A DNA stretch of 57,562 nt, filler included, from Sphacelaria rigidula (GCA_964200075.2; 7 parts of 7 records of this genome joined end to end with filler, not necessarily neighbours in it); one strand, 5' to 3'; positions 35,850 to 49,273 are shown, numbered from the whole stretch's first letter. Notes: generated from the sequence alone by a model not told the origin. Program-made: numbers and translations.

Positions 35850-36380
35850 TACTCATTTGTTCCGAGCATCCAAGTAATTTCCCTAGCTGCTGTAATCTGC
35901 ACTGTTCCCAACTCCTTCACCAACTTCACTGCATCCAAGTATTCTCTGAGCTGTTGCGGTCTATACTGTTTACAACTTGTTCACTATTTTTATTGCATCT
36001 AAGTATTATTTTACCAGCTGCCATTTGCACCGTTTCCGCATCAAAGTATTGTTTTAGCTGCTGCCAGCTGCACTGCTTCCAATTTCTCTAGCAACTTTAC
36101 CCCTTGCTTTGCAATGTCTAATGCTAGTATCAGGTCATCAAAGAATACCTCGAGTAGAGAGAGTGATAACGTACATGCACAATTTCGAAATGTTTTGATA
36201 TTTCCCTGTCTAGCATCATCGCACTTTTGGCACATTTCTGTCGTCTTCATCGTCCATACCTTTCCTTTGATCACAGTTCCTCATATATTTTCCCACAACC
36301 CATTGCCCCATACTGCGTCATGAGTCTTTTGCACCTGTATCACCCCACAGTTTCTTCGATCCCACCATCGCACTCGAAGC
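35850..36380 (-). mobile_element. Degenerate LINE fragment
   Basis: LLEKLEAVQLAAAKTIL matches KQLERVQMTAAKKILG of the 22280-23280 LINE. Upstream peptide GVIQVQKTHDAVWGNGLWENI resembles a decayed RT D-x-x-K-A-Y/F-D-x-V motif. Confidence 0.65.
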
Positions 36381-36882
36381 ACCCCGCTTCCCCACGTAGT
36401 GATGCCATGAAGCTCGTGCCCATAGATGCTACCTCCTGGAAAGGCTATAACAGTGCCGAGCTGAAGCACCTCGTGTATGATTATGAGAATTTCTTTCGGC
36501 GAGTACGGTACGAAGATGGAGACTGAAAAGAGCTATCTCGCCGGGATTCCGAGCGTCCTAAGCTGGAACGAAGGAACCAAAGAGAGACTGGAGCCAAGGA
36601 CGTGTACGAATAGCTATTGTGTGATGTGGTATATGATATTATTGCGAGAGGAGTGGGTAATGAAATAAGGGAATGAGTCACTGTATATCGCTGCTACCGT
36701 ACGCTTTAGTCATGAATTTCGAGTGTTCTTGTCTTTTTCTTTTGTCGCTTTGTTATCGATTGCTCCCTATTTGGTAACATACGAGCACATGTGTGAGCCA
36801 AGGCGCGTGGGCTCTATAGTAGAATAGGTGTCAATAGTTACAGAAGAGCACCCCTCAAAAGCTGCACTCCTGTAACTACTGA

Positions 36883-37100
36883 TCAGTTTGTGGAAATGTT
36901 GTTTTTAGCGAGGTTCAAGCCCTGCACTACCCCAGAATCCAGTGTAACTGATCCAGGGTGTCGACGCGCGATCAAGCTAACTAGCCGATCGTTCTCCAGT
37001 CTAACTGAGATCCCGGGAAAACGACAGCGACCGTACTTGTCTGCTATTTCTGTCGTTGGAAAGGGCGTTATAGAATGTTTTCCTTTCATAACGGATGGAG
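36883..37100 (-). mobile_element. Possible decayed non-LTR reverse transcriptase fragment
   Basis: PGIS..DRLVSLIA...DSGVVQG resembles the RT GV-x-QG motif and the helix before it. Confidence 0.35.
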
Positions 37101-37699
37101 TTTTTCCCTGCTTATCAGGGCTTACCCATTCATTAGATCTGCAACGAGTTTTCCCCTGTACTGTAATTCAGCAGGTTTTTCTCGTTTCACTTTCAGGCGT
37201 ATGATGCACAGGATTCGTTTTTGTTCTGGCCTTTCCAGCCTTCCAATATTTTTTGTTTGGCCATATAAATATGGCTAGGGGGATGTTACAGATTGATTGG
37301 TCATTGTCCAGTCGAGTAGGTTCTCACGTGTCATACTTCATGCGTGGCACCTGATGGGTCATACCCCTTTGTGGTTGGATCGAGTCGGCTGCCCTCACGT
37401 GTCACAGCATTTTAGACTATGCATATCAACTAGCAAAGCACAAGTGAGCCTCTACGCCAATAATACAAGAGCATCTACGCCATCATAGACTGCGGTATCA
37501 GAGGATTCTCTGGTCTTCACGAATGTTAGCCCGACCTCCATGCATCATATGTTGTTCTGGCGTCTGAGCGGCTCGTCGGGTCTGCAGCCCGACGCTGCGA
37601 ACATGACTGGCTCTGCACTCGGTAAAGTCGAGCTCGATGGCTTCGATACTCATGATTGTGTTTGAGTCCGCAAGCCCAGGTGCCCACTGAACTGGCCCT

Positions 37700-38640
37700 T
37701 TCCTACGTAGGTGGTGAGTATCGAGCCATGACAGAAGGCTGCATCGTGGACGAAGGGCAAGCTGCAGGCGTGGGCGGCAGCGAAGGATCTAGTGGATCAT
37801 GCCATGACGTTGTTCCATCCTCGTCCTGATTGTCAGATGTCAATGCTTCCGGACGCATTTGAGTGTCATTGGGATAATTTGGTCATGCAGGTGCCTACAG
37901 TTGAGATTCAAATGTCTGTGTGCGCTGCGGCTGTGTATGGTTCGTGTGAACCTGATGACTCGATGCCGTCCAAATCTGTTGTACGCCAAGCGCAACGAAA
38001 AGACCTTGGGGCCGAAGATGCGGATGTGCAATCTTTCGAGGCAGACGTTGGTTTTGCTATCTTGGACAATGAAGGTCTGTCTCGTGTGCATGTGCTTGGC
38101 CCCAACGTTTTGTGGATTCCGAGCGCTGACAAGCAGTTGCAGGTACGTCTTGTGCTTTGCGCGCACAAGCGCGACGCCGGGCATCGTGGTATGGCTGCGA
38201 CGCTCGTGCGCTTGCAAGAGTTATATTTCTGGCAAGGGATAGAAACACATGTGCGCGATTTTGTCCGCCAGTGTCTTCACTGTGCTGACTCGAGGGTAGG
38301 CGGTGTTGTTCTCCACCCGCTCGGCGAAACGGTCCATGGGATCACGCCGAATGAAAGCGTCCATTTTGGCTTCTTGTACGTGGGCGAGAGTGGCCCGCTA
38401 GCTTCCCAAGGGTTGTCGGAGGATCCTGGGGTTCGACACATTTTGGTAATCATGGGTGATTTGAGCAACTTTTTGGCTCTGGAACCAGTTTTATTGTGTA
38501 CTGCTGAATTGACCGCTGTATCTTTGCTGAATTGCTTCAAACCCTTGACGGTGCCGCGTGTGTGGGTGAGTAATACCGCCACGCATTTCGAGAATGCGAT
38601 CTTGGCCTGATTGCAAGAGGCTTTGCGCGTTGATCACCAG
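37700..38640 (+). mobile_element. Dead Ty3/Gypsy pol fragment (RNase H start fused to integrase)
   Basis: TLFHP...PDAFECHW resembles the RNase H N-terminus. Integrase HHCC zinc finger CAHKRDAGHRG..T...L...YFWQGI..HVRDFVRQCLHC. Core motifs have mutated acidic residues (VHFGFLY, IMGDLS, WVSNTATHF), followed by a stop. Confidence 0.85.
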
Positions 38641-39404
38641 TAGTGGCTATTTGGGGGTGTTGTGACGAAAATACGCCGTCACGTTCAGTTGGTAGTGAAA
38701 ATATGGACAATGACTGGGGGCACGGAGATTCTGGAGGGTTCTGGATGATGACGGCGTACACGGAAATGGTATGTGTCTGCAGGTCTAGAAAGCTGATGCC
38801 CTGGAATATCACTCCTGAATAATGAGAATGTTTCAAAGGCTAACAGCTGAACCTGAGGCCAGTAAGACCGGGGAGTCCCTCAATAGCAGTGATCCAACAG
38901 TACTTCCACTGGCTGACGTCACAGCCATCTGCTTGCAAACATGGCTGCTTGATTTTGTTCGGCCGAGGTCAAGAGCCCCATACACCATTTTTTGTCTTTT
39001 GACTTTCTGTCTGCTGCAGAAGCAAGTGGTTTAACTACCACTGTGCAACCTCTGCTATACTACGGTCCGTGCGGCGGTAGTCGGTCTGTTTGAGAACAGT
39101 ATCAGACACCACGAGCCAAATATTTCCAACAATATCCACTCAGCAAGCACACAGTCACGGCGATATTGTCTGCACGCCTGTAACGACTTATCATCGTCTC
39201 AATATCGAGTACGTAGACCGCAGAATGATTGCTCTCTCGAGCTCAGCTATGTTTGTACTCACGCTTGGTCCACGTTCATACCCGCAGTGCAGTGGAGCCT
39301 TCATGTTGCATCACCACCGGAAAAACAACCGTCGAAAAGCGATTCGAACTCCAGTCGAGTTATCACGAACTCACGTCAGGCCTGTGACCCACTCGAGTGT
39401 ATAT

Positions 39405-40188
39405 ATGCGAGGATAAAGGGTCGTTTGCGAGGAAACATGGTGTTCCCGCTTTTATTCATGAACGGTCGGCTTTCCACACGAGCCAAAGAGGTTGGCCGCC
39501 CCCCCAAGCAATGGCAGGATACCCTAAAGGAGGACCTACGTGCGCTAGGGGCTGTCCCGCACAAAGGAGCCCGACGAAAGTGGTTCGTCTACGGTGTAGA
39601 GGTTAACGATGCATACGATTCGGTCACTGCGGCGAAGGACCTGGGCAAATGGCATATTGGAGTCGAAAAGGGAGCGGAAGAGTTTGAGGACACGTGGCGA
39701 CGCGCGGACGAGCGAGAATCGGATCGCCGTCACAAGCGAGAGGCTGCTGCGTCGAGGGCTGCCAATCGGAAAATTATGTCCTCTCATAACGGTTGTTGAT
39801 TATGTCCTGAGTCGGTGGCTCTGCGGTATCCAATGGCATGTGTCTGTATCTACTCTGCTGCCCTGAATCCCCTAGGTCTTTGTCTTTTCCCATCGTTTCA
39901 TTGTATTTCGTTTCATTTGCTTTGTCCTCTCTTCTTGTTTTCCTTTTTCTTGTTTCATGTCGGCCATTTCTTTCTGTGTTTTGCTTGCTGTGTTGACTTT
40001 TCATTACTTTTTTTTGTCACGACTTAGTCTGCTATGTCGTTCTGTTCGACCCCTCTTTTTTTTTCTTCTCTGTTCCTTTTTTTCTGTCCCTATTTTTTTT
40101 TCCCTCAGAGCATATTTCAGTTTCGTTTTGTTGGGTACGTCTATCATGAGACCACGGCTGGACCCCCGGGGGGTCACTTAAAGTGCGA

Positions 40189-40224
<36 letters not shown>
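39405..40224 (+). mobile_element. 5'-truncated RTE-like LINE with 3' UTR and (CAAT)n tail
   Basis: GRPPKQWQDTLKEDLRALG...AAKDLGKW is an RTE-type ORF2 C-terminus. It is followed by a T-rich UTR, a gacccc/ggggtc hairpin and tandem CAAT. Confidence 0.8.
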
Positions 40225-41001
40225 TCACTACTTTAGCCGCCGTGGCCCGGTGATGCAACAGTGGTCGGACTGTCACCACAATGAGGGTGAAGAGAACGAG
40301 GGTTTCCAATCCCGATGCTTGGGGGTTTTTCTTCGTAATATACATCTGATTCCACTGTCAAAAGCGTTAGTACGTGAGTAAACAATATAGTTCGCTGAAT
40401 TTGTTTGACGAGAGACAACGCGGTGTGGGAGTGCTGATGGTCATGATCCAATCTGCGAGACAAACAATATTATCTCGTAGCTGTAAAGTAACCGGTGAGT
40501 TGTGTACTATCACAGATAAAACACGCGGGAAAAACACGCTGACGATGAACGTCCGGTAACGAGGCACAACCTAATCCTCATGCCACAACCACAGTCCTGT
40601 ATATGTTAGTAACACGGAATATAATCCTGTCCGCTATGACTGTCACTATTTGTATCATCACATTCGCACACCGTTCATACCCGCAGTCCTTCAGGAGTTG
40701 TCATGTGTTTCATTCAACAATCAATATTCGTGGAGAGGAACAATGCCAACCAATGGCTGGAGGAGTTTGCTCCCTCGCATTCTACTGCCTTTCACACTTT
40801 TCCTACTCATTCATACCCGCAGCCATGAAATTTCCGTGTGTTTTCTGTTCTTGAACAACAATATGCATAACGAAAGACGGTCAAAATGCGATAGAGCACA
40901 CGCACGGCGCTCACTCAGCGACACGGAGGCGAAATGCTCGATCAGATGTTGGTGTAAAGTACAGTTTTACAAGGTTTATACCTGCAGCCATCCTACAAAC
41001 G

Positions 41002-41089
41002 AGCCGGTCGCCCCGGTGGCTCAGTTGGTAACCTCGAAACCTTCTGATGGTTGAGTAGTGGGGTTCAATTCCTGGAGCGATCTAGGATT
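41002..41089 (+). mobile_element. tRNA-derived SINE head (cut by contig end)
   Basis: A-box tggctcagttgg and B-box ggttcaattcc, but no convincing acceptor or anticodon stem. Confidence 0.5.
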
Positions 41090-41315
41090 NNNNNNNNNNN
41101 NNNNNNNNNNNNNNNNNNNNNNNNNNNNNNNNNTTAATTAATTAANNNNNNNNNNNNNNNNNNNNNNNNNNNNNNNNNNNNNNNNNNNNCGAATACTGGC
41201 AGAAACACATAAGCGCCCCCCCCCCCCCTCCCCCGGTAGTCCCCCCCACCCCACGCCCACCCCAGTCCCAGGGGAGAGACGGGTTTATCCCTTGAGAGAG
41301 AGAAGATGCATTTAA

Positions 41316-41425
41316 CCCCTAGACCGCGAGGGCACTCCATCTGGATCATGCATACTTTTTTTTCAAGTGAAATTGATTCCGATTCAACATATGCATACAT
41401 ATGATCTAGTCTCGCCGTCAAAGGG
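41316..41425. mobile_element. piggyBac-type MITE
   Basis: TTAA|cccctagaccgcgag ... ctcgccgtcaaaggg|TTAA. Confidence 0.8.
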
Positions 41426-43027
41426 TTAAGCCTGAAACCGGAGTGGACCGACCGCGGGTGAGAGCCCGTTGTGAATCGACACCATTTATTATTCACTTGA
41501 AAACCAGCGAAGATGATGCCGATTCACGAAATAGACCCTGGGTCCAAACCAGGTCCTAGTCAACCCTGGTCAGGTGAAGTCCAATCCCAAAAGGTCTAAC
41601 TACAAAGGGTGTCTTCACAGCGCGAGAAAAGAAGAAAAAACATACCGAGACTGCTGCGAACAGACAAGTCAATCTTTTCACTGTAGCACGTAAAGACGTG
41701 TTGTTTTTTTCTCTCTCGTTTTTTTCCCCCTGTGCTTGGGCTTCTTTTTGTCATCTTTTCACACCCGTTACGTCCCGCCATGTATCCTCGCTAAACATTT
41801 CATCATCTGAAAAAAAACGTGGGTTACGGGACTACTTTTTCTGTCTCCGCGCTTGATTTGCCTTCTACCACGTAGCCTCTCGAAAAATGCCCACGTGACC
41901 TCTTCAAAATCACAAGAACACGACTACGTATGATGTCGCAAAAAATGTAATTCTGGTTAATCTTTATGGCTCGTTTGGTTCTTGTATCTCAGCACACACA
42001 AAAAGCCCATGTACTGTTGTAACCACTTGAACATTCCACATTGAAACGAAATATTTATCTTCGTGTTTGAGCTACGTTATCCCTGCGTTGTTGTTGTTGT
42101 TGTTGTTGTTGTTATCGTTGATTGGTGTTGGTTTCTCAGTCTACTCCCTTTTATTCGTTTTACATGTTCATGTTTCTCCACCTATACTTCTCTTGAGCGA
42201 GCGTTTCCGTTTTTGCCATCTTGTGGATAATGACTATGGCAGGATCTCTCGGAGATCAGTTCATGTGCGACAATGAATGAATGAATGAATGAATCAATGA
42301 ATCAATTCATCAATTCATAAATCCATTCATCAATTAAAAGTCGGTAACGGTACAAGTTACCCATCTCAGTGCCATTTTTTATTCCTTTGATCGCGGAAAA
42401 AGCCCGTTCTAGTCCAAATGTGTATAAACTAATACACGCTTCATGCACAATATCGATTTTTGAATACCCTTCTTTCTTTCAAAGATGGCTACGGTAGGAT
42501 CCACCCTCGCGTACGGGTACCCTAGATTTTCGACCGATTCACCCGGGTACTCTGGATGAATACCCTGGTGTTTTCTGCAGTCGATACCCTGGTGAGTGGT
42601 ACCGTTGAGTACTGTGTACATCAAATACACTGAAAATACAGGGTTCCCCCCCGGGTACTCACCCGTACCCTGACCACCTGTATTTTTTTCCTGCAGAGCA
42701 GTTTTTTCACACCCTGAACAATGGATTACATTATAAAAAATGTATTGTGTACAGTATGGGATCTCCTGTCCATTGCCAAAGACGCAGTAGTTGATACTGT
42801 ACGCAGTGCAATTTTTGACAATATGATCTATTGTCATTGTCCAGGATGTGAATTTTTTTATGGTCAGAGATTCAACGGATAGCATATTGGTACACTTGGT
42901 ACATGCGTGAAATCACTCAAGAGAGTAGGAAGGCCGAGCGCTGGTCCGACGTCCTGCAGATGCGGATGTTTTTTTTGTTTCCTTCTTGCTCTTAAAAAGG
43001 ATGCAGCGTATTTTCGAGGCTAGCTAA

Positions 43028-43337
43028 CCGGCTTTGGGCTACAAATATCCATGGTTGACACATTTTCACGAATACCGCTACTACCCCTAGAAACCCTGAA
43101 CCCAACCCAATGCATACCGAAAACCCTCGGGCAAGGGTGATACATAGCATTCCCTAGGCAAAGTGCGGCCTTGGTAGACCCCAAATCGGGCCCCTGTGGC
43201 GCTCGATTCCAACGAAAACGCGTTCTGCGCACGCGACGAGCATACGGGACTGTCAGCCCTACTAAAGATCCGATTCTCGTTGTACACACTCAAATCAAGT
43301 AATGTGTCAACCATGAGCATTTGTAGCCCAACGCCGG
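43028..43337. mobile_element. MITE
   Basis: ~37-bp TIRs ccggctttgggctacaaatatccatggttgacacatt / aatgtgtcaaccatgagcatttgtagcccaacgccgg. Confidence 0.75.
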
Positions 43338-43667
43338 TTTAACTCTACTGGTAAGTTTTGTCGTTGAACACGTCGGGATGTGAGCAGTAGCAGGCAGAGA
43401 AGATTTTTTGTCTGACTGACGGACGAGGGAATAGTCGAAGTGGTGCGTAGGAGTGAGCGATGATTTAATAACGCGCGGTAAGGCACGATGATGAGCAAAA
43501 AGTTCGAGGTAGGCGTGTGCTCGGGAAGAGATGGATTTTGATCCCTTTGAGGCGACAGATATCGTCCCGAGGAAGGGAAGGAGAAATCGAAAGTGCGACG
43601 AAAAGAAGAAGAAAAAAAAAAGAGAAAATGAGAAGCAAAGAAAACGGTACCGATACGTATCCCTCAA

Positions 43668-44713
43668 CCCTTTTGGGACCGGGCCTGCAGAACGACCAAT
43701 GAGGCTGGTTAGGAATGACGTGTCTGGCGTTTAAACGAAACAGACGGTGGCGTGTGAAAATCCGCGTATGTAACCGCATGGTCACCACGAAAACCGAATG
43801 TTTCATCCAACCTATTTTCAGGTGCAGGGTGCGCATTAGGTAGTGTACATCTGATGTAGCAAGCAGTATGGGTCGCGGTAGGGAGCTTCCAACAGGATAC
43901 GGCGACCGGCGGACGCTACTTGTGGCTTTGGATGGTATTTTTGTCCTTATCACCTTGCCACACAGCCCTTTGTGGTCGGGGTGGGCCGCCATTTCCCTCT
44001 TTCTTGCATGCGGGAAATTCTCTCCGAAGGGCATATCAGCGTTGCGGCGCGCATACACACAGTATAGTACAGTACAAGTACAGTGCAGTACGCCTCCCCG
44101 ACTGCAGCAGCAGCTGCCGTTGCATTCTCCCTTGAACGTTCTAAGCAATTCTTAGTCACCGAGATCAACTGCTTATGTATCGCTTCTTCATCCCCGCCCA
44201 CTACATACTCCGTACATGTTGACTGAACACTACAAGTAATCGGCATAGGGATAAGCAGAATTCATGACGGTAGCTCATTTTGCCTTTCCAAGGGCCACCT
44301 GGATTTAGTGCCTCGTGAAAATGACCGCATTGTAGCATGTACACTCCTTCCCGGTTCTTCCGGTCCACCCTGTGTTGGTGTAAATTACTACGTTTCAATA
44401 AAGAATTGGGACCCAAAAAACACTCCGGAAAAACTCGGGAACGCTATACTGAGAGCAAGTAATACCATAAAAACAAGCTACGACCACCCTGCACTTGGAA
44501 ACCTAGGAAGGCTTATCTGGGCCAAGGATAGGGCCCCCACGCGATATTTGCAGTGGCATCACACTCGCCAACAATCCCCGCGCTGGTCGTTCGGGTCTGG
44601 TCGATAAATTTCGCCTCGCCGTGATTGGGCAGGTCGCTCGGAGACTTGTTTTTTTACAATTCCACTAACACAGGGTTGACCCTGTGTTACTAGGGGTCCG
44701 GTCCCAAAAGGGT
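43668..44713. mobile_element. piggyBac-like non-autonomous element
   Basis: TIR cccttttgggaccgg / ccggtcccaaaaggg. The same TIR follows TTAA at 8108-8137 and bounds a short copy at 45737-45901. Confidence 0.65.
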
Positions 44714-45273
44714 TGGAATAATAAACTATTTTCTTTCAAGTCAAGTCGCCGTGTATTCATGGCGGGAAAATGACGTTTCATTTTTTTTTTGGTTGTCTAG
44801 ATGGGGGCTAAGCGGCTTACGTACGGGATATCTGCTTGATATCGGGTGACTTTTGCAGCTGACAATGTCGGAGGGCAAGGTGTTCAGGGTACGGGAGGGC
44901 TGTGGGGTGGGCGGTAGTTCGTACGCAAACGGTGAAATAGGCGAAGTGGAAGTAGTGCGCACGAGCGGGATACAGGTCTTAGGGTGCCTGCTTTGTGAAG
45001 CGTGGTGTTCTGCGTTATTAGCAAGTCTATTTTCCTGTTCTGTTCTGTTCTGTTCTGTTTTTTTTCTACTCTGTGTCTGCCTGTGTCGACCTGTGTCTGT
45101 CTTGCCTTTGCCCCTCCTTCTCCCTCTCTCTATGACTCTTCCTTCCTCTGTCTCTGGCCCCGCTGTATGCCTCCTTCTTGCCCATCTGGCTGTATTATCT
45201 GTCTCTTTCGTATGCGTCTGTCTTGTCCCTGTCCGTCTCACATCTGACTATCCGTCTGTGTACCTCTCATTAT

Positions 45274-45424
45274 CACACTCTGGATGATGACGAAAAATTA
45301 CATCGTCAAAAAGTATACTGCGTACAGTATCGACTATCTTGCGTCTATTGCAATAGAAAAAATAGTCAATACTTTACGTAGAACATTTTTTGATGATGTA
45401 AATCTATTGCCATTATCTAGTGTG
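45274..45424. mobile_element. Small CACA...TGTG MITE-like repeat
   Basis: Inverted homolog at ~42708-42850. Both copies have imperfect caca/tgtg termini. Confidence 0.5.
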
Positions 45425-45736
45425 TCCAGAATATCCGTCTACCTCCGACCATCTGTATACCTCCTGTCCTTCCCTGTATCTTCTTTTGTGAATAAAAATT
45501 GAAGTACAGATATAAACATACGCGTGCGGCATCGAATCTCATTTTTTTTTCTTCACTTTTTATTATTGTATCGTGTCTGTGTTGATTCTTCGGGGTATTG
45601 CTTCTTTTTTTTTTTAATTTCCTTATACCTTATATTTCGGGTCGTTAGCCTGTGGTCACGGGGAGGCGTCCGCATCAGATGTCCTGTACGCAAGTAAGAA
45701 GTACTTCGTAGATATCGGAACGGCTTTTAATGATCC

Positions 45737-45901
45737 CCCTTTTGGGACCGGACCCCCACTATCTAAGGGTCTTTGTTCATTGTGGGAATCGGCATCATTT
45801 TCACTTGAAAACGAATGAATATGATGCCGATCCCCAGGTGGACCACTGCTCGTAGTTAAACGGTTACACCCCTGGTTAGTGGGGGTCCGGTCCCAAAAGG
45901 G
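45737..45901. mobile_element. Short piggyBac-like MITE nested in a retroposon tail
   Basis: TIR cccttttgggaccggacccccact / agtgggggtccggtcccaaaaggg. Its flanks rejoin to match the uninterrupted tail at 8245-8336. Confidence 0.75.
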
Positions 45902-46212
45902 TCAAGACGACGACGACGACGAGAATAACACCGCCACCACCACCACCACCACCACCACCACCACCAACAACAACATAGATATCGTCTTCATTTTCATTCA
46001 CCAATCTACTCATTCGTAAACGTTTTTTTTTTATCCAAAACGGTCAGAATATAATTAAAATTAAAAATAAAAGGTTTCAACAATTATTTTGCTAATTTTT
46101 ACTCTTTTTTTTTGTTCTTATTTTTCCTATAATAGTGAAAGCGATATTGTTGTTGCTGTGGTTTTTGCTGCCGGTTGTTGATACTGTTATTACTATTACT
46201 TGGGTCTGTCAG

Positions 46213-46368
46213 GAGCAAAGCGAAGCGCCTAGCAACAAGTTAAGCTTTCTCGGCCTGCTGAACGGGATGAAGAGGCAGAGAAAACCACCGGCGGTCATCG
46301 CTGACTTGCTGGACACGGAGGAGCTCCGTCAGCAGTCCCTCATTCATCAAGAGGAGGATGCCAGGACG
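46213..46368 (+). CDS. Isolated internal exon of an unidentified gene
   Basis: ctgtcag|EQSEAPSNKLSFLGLLNGMKRQRKPPAVIADLLDTEELRQQSLIHQEEDART|gtaagg. GC-rich island in AT-rich flanks, 156 nt, phase 0/0. A possible 30-nt exon lies at 44859-44888. Confidence 0.55.
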
Positions 46369-48699
46369 GTAAGGCAAATTGCTTACTCTCCTGTTTTTTT
46401 TATTTGTCATACTCCATACTCATTGTTCTTCGCCCCGAAGAGGGTGGTTCACCAATTTTTTTTTCGTGTAGTCAGCAGACAGACAGACACTACGTCAATG
46501 GAGTTATCCATCTACACTTGAGGTATAGGAGTACCGGCAGCGATACAGCAGAGAGCTTCGACGTTTTTTTTTGCCCAGGGGATCAATTATTTAAGCCCGC
46601 ATGAGACGCCATATGCCAACATTCCCTTCCCAACCGAAGTCACTCACTGGCTACCATGGGTATGCGATCCACTCGAATGTGAAGCCGTTGACTTTTTCCT
46701 GTTTACCTTGGGCCACCACCATCGATTTTGTTTTTAGTACTGCATCTAACTACCGATGAAGAACCTATCCGTCTGTTGCCCGAACCAAAACTCTAGATCG
46801 TTGCTTGGGTTCCCGGACCGTTCTTGCCGTTTTGTGTTCAGCTTAAATAACCAGTCTGAAATATTCTGCCCTTCCTCCCACTTGCTTCAACACTTAGTTT
46901 TCTTGTCTATTCATGGTGTGTTTATGTTATTTAATTTGTGGAATGCTAATGTACGACGCCTGACTCTTCACTCCTTACTGAACTAGGCACATCATTACTG
47001 TACACTCCCCATGATCGTATACAGTAACAACGGTCACGTGAGAGTCATAATCCACTCGCTCCCGGACGCGCCGTAATTACGTTTTACTCCATGAGTCATG
47101 CCACGCTAGAGTTGCGCATTCGGGAACAGCTGTTTCTCATCGAGGGATTACTAAAATTAGGAGCTCATACAGAACTATGGGTCAGGACATTCACGTTCTA
47201 AAATTTCTCGACAAAAACGGAGACATCGATCCCTACGTAGTGTATTGGGATGCTACTTGCGGCGTGCTCTCGCACTTGATTTCACAAGTCGTTCTTCGGA
47301 TGAGACGATGGGCTCCTAGCAATCCAAACTCGAGAAATCTCTTTTTTGTAACCCCCCACCGTGGCATGGCATGGGTGCCTTTGCGCTTAAGAACATAGCT
47401 CTGCACACTCTGTAGTCGACTGAGTTTGTTTGACGTGAGTTGACGCGGTGCGGGAGTGCTGATACTCGTTGTCATAACCCAATCCGCGAGACCAAAATGG
47501 AAGGCGTGTACCGGGGGAGAAATTGAGTGATCCCTTGAGACCACGGACTCATCCCGAGGAAGGGGAGGGGTTCAAAGTACGACAAATATAGTAATGTAAA
47601 TGAAAAAAAAAAAACTCTCCCGTGAGCGTATAGCGCCTACACGAGAGACGGAGACAGAGAGACAGAGACAGGGAGTTCACAAGCTCACTCAATGTCTGCG
47701 CGCTGCAATTGCATTATTATACATGGTCATCATTGACCGTTAGCCAAGCCGCTTGTTTAGGACATCAGCCGGCAGTTTCGCCCGTGGGTATGCGCTCAGG
47801 TCAAGCAGGATAGGCGTGAGCTTCATGTATGTGCACGGGCCTCGCGCGTCCGCCGACGCGCGCGATGATAGCAACGGTAGCGTGGATCGCAACATCATTG
47901 TCGCACCCCTTCGTGGTGGGATAATGGGGCGGTCCAAGCTTCCCCCAGGATACCATCACGTGGGCAGGGGCTGGTAGATGTGCGATCTACGCTACCCCTA
48001 CCGCGGACTTCAGCGGAGACCCAACACATGTGGATATGAAGCTCGGGTGTATGTGCGAGTGAATGGACAAGAAACTGCTCGACTCGGAGTACGTACTTGC
48101 GTCTCCGCTGCCAAGCTACTGGCCGATGTTCTCTCGCTACAGGAAGCGGTTTGGGGAGCCGTCGATGAACAGTATTTACCAACAATGCAATCAATTCTAG
48201 CGCTTTGTTAATTTGCTTTTTTATTAGTTTTGTTTGTCTGTTTGTTAGTTCTGTTTGTTTGTTTTGCTTCCTTTTTTTTTTTTCACACACCACGAGGTGT
48301 TTGCATTTAATTTCGTGGATTCGAAATTTTGTCACTTTTTTTTCCCTCTTTTTTTCTTTTTCTCAGTTGGTGATTCTATGAGTAAAATGAAGCATACTTT
48401 TCAATGATTATTCTCAATTTGTTTCATCCCCGGCAGGACTGTAATTCCAGCATATCCATCGCACTCACACGCTCCACATACCCATGCATTGATTGCCATG
48501 TGTGTCGTTTAGGTTTTTGTGGACAATCTTCCCGCCGGAGTTCAAGAAGAGGATGTGGCGAAGGCGTTTTCCAGGTGACGTTATCGAATAATCTCGAGGC
48601 GAAAACGCGCCGCTTAGCCTCTTGCTAACCCCTGCACACACGGTCCGTCTCGAAAGGGATGCGTGGTCAATGGTCAAACGACGAAGGCGCGCAACTAAT

Positions 48700-49222
48700 G
48701 AGGACGCCCCCCCCCCCACCCCCCCCCACCCCCCTCCCCCTCCCACACACGCTCCGGTACCCGTGCCGTGCGTGAGTTAGGCAACCAGGTCACCGTTTTT
48801 TTCCCGATTACGTTTTTTTGCGGTAAGCATGATGGTGATCGAGTTAGATCATATTGTGCGGGGTGAGAGAACCTCAACTCTGCGCAAAGGGGATGATCGT
48901 ACTACGTAGCGTTCAAATGATGTGAGACAACCTTGGGGCAGTGTAGAACCCGTGGCTGTCTCCGAAAGTGGTGATACCATGAAATGAAGCAACTCATTGT
49001 AGGCTGTCATCCAAGTGCAAGAAAATCAGTAGGCTTCGGGCCCAACAATCTTAGCAGGATACAGTTCACCCTTCATGAGACTCGCCGAACACACCACGGC
49101 GCTTTGCGCTTGGGTGATTGACTGCGAGCCTGGTCCAGCGAACATCCGGCGTACTCCGTCTCGGCTTTGTGGGGATGCAAGGTCAACGATCTTTCGACTA
49201 CGACATGCAAGATCATGAGAAC

Positions 49223-49225
<3 letters not shown>
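48700..49225 (-). repeat. Copy of the ~480-bp dispersed repeat
   Basis: Reverse complement of the unit at 24130-24560 and 32385-32852. Confidence 0.85.
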
Positions 49226-49273
<48 letters not shown>

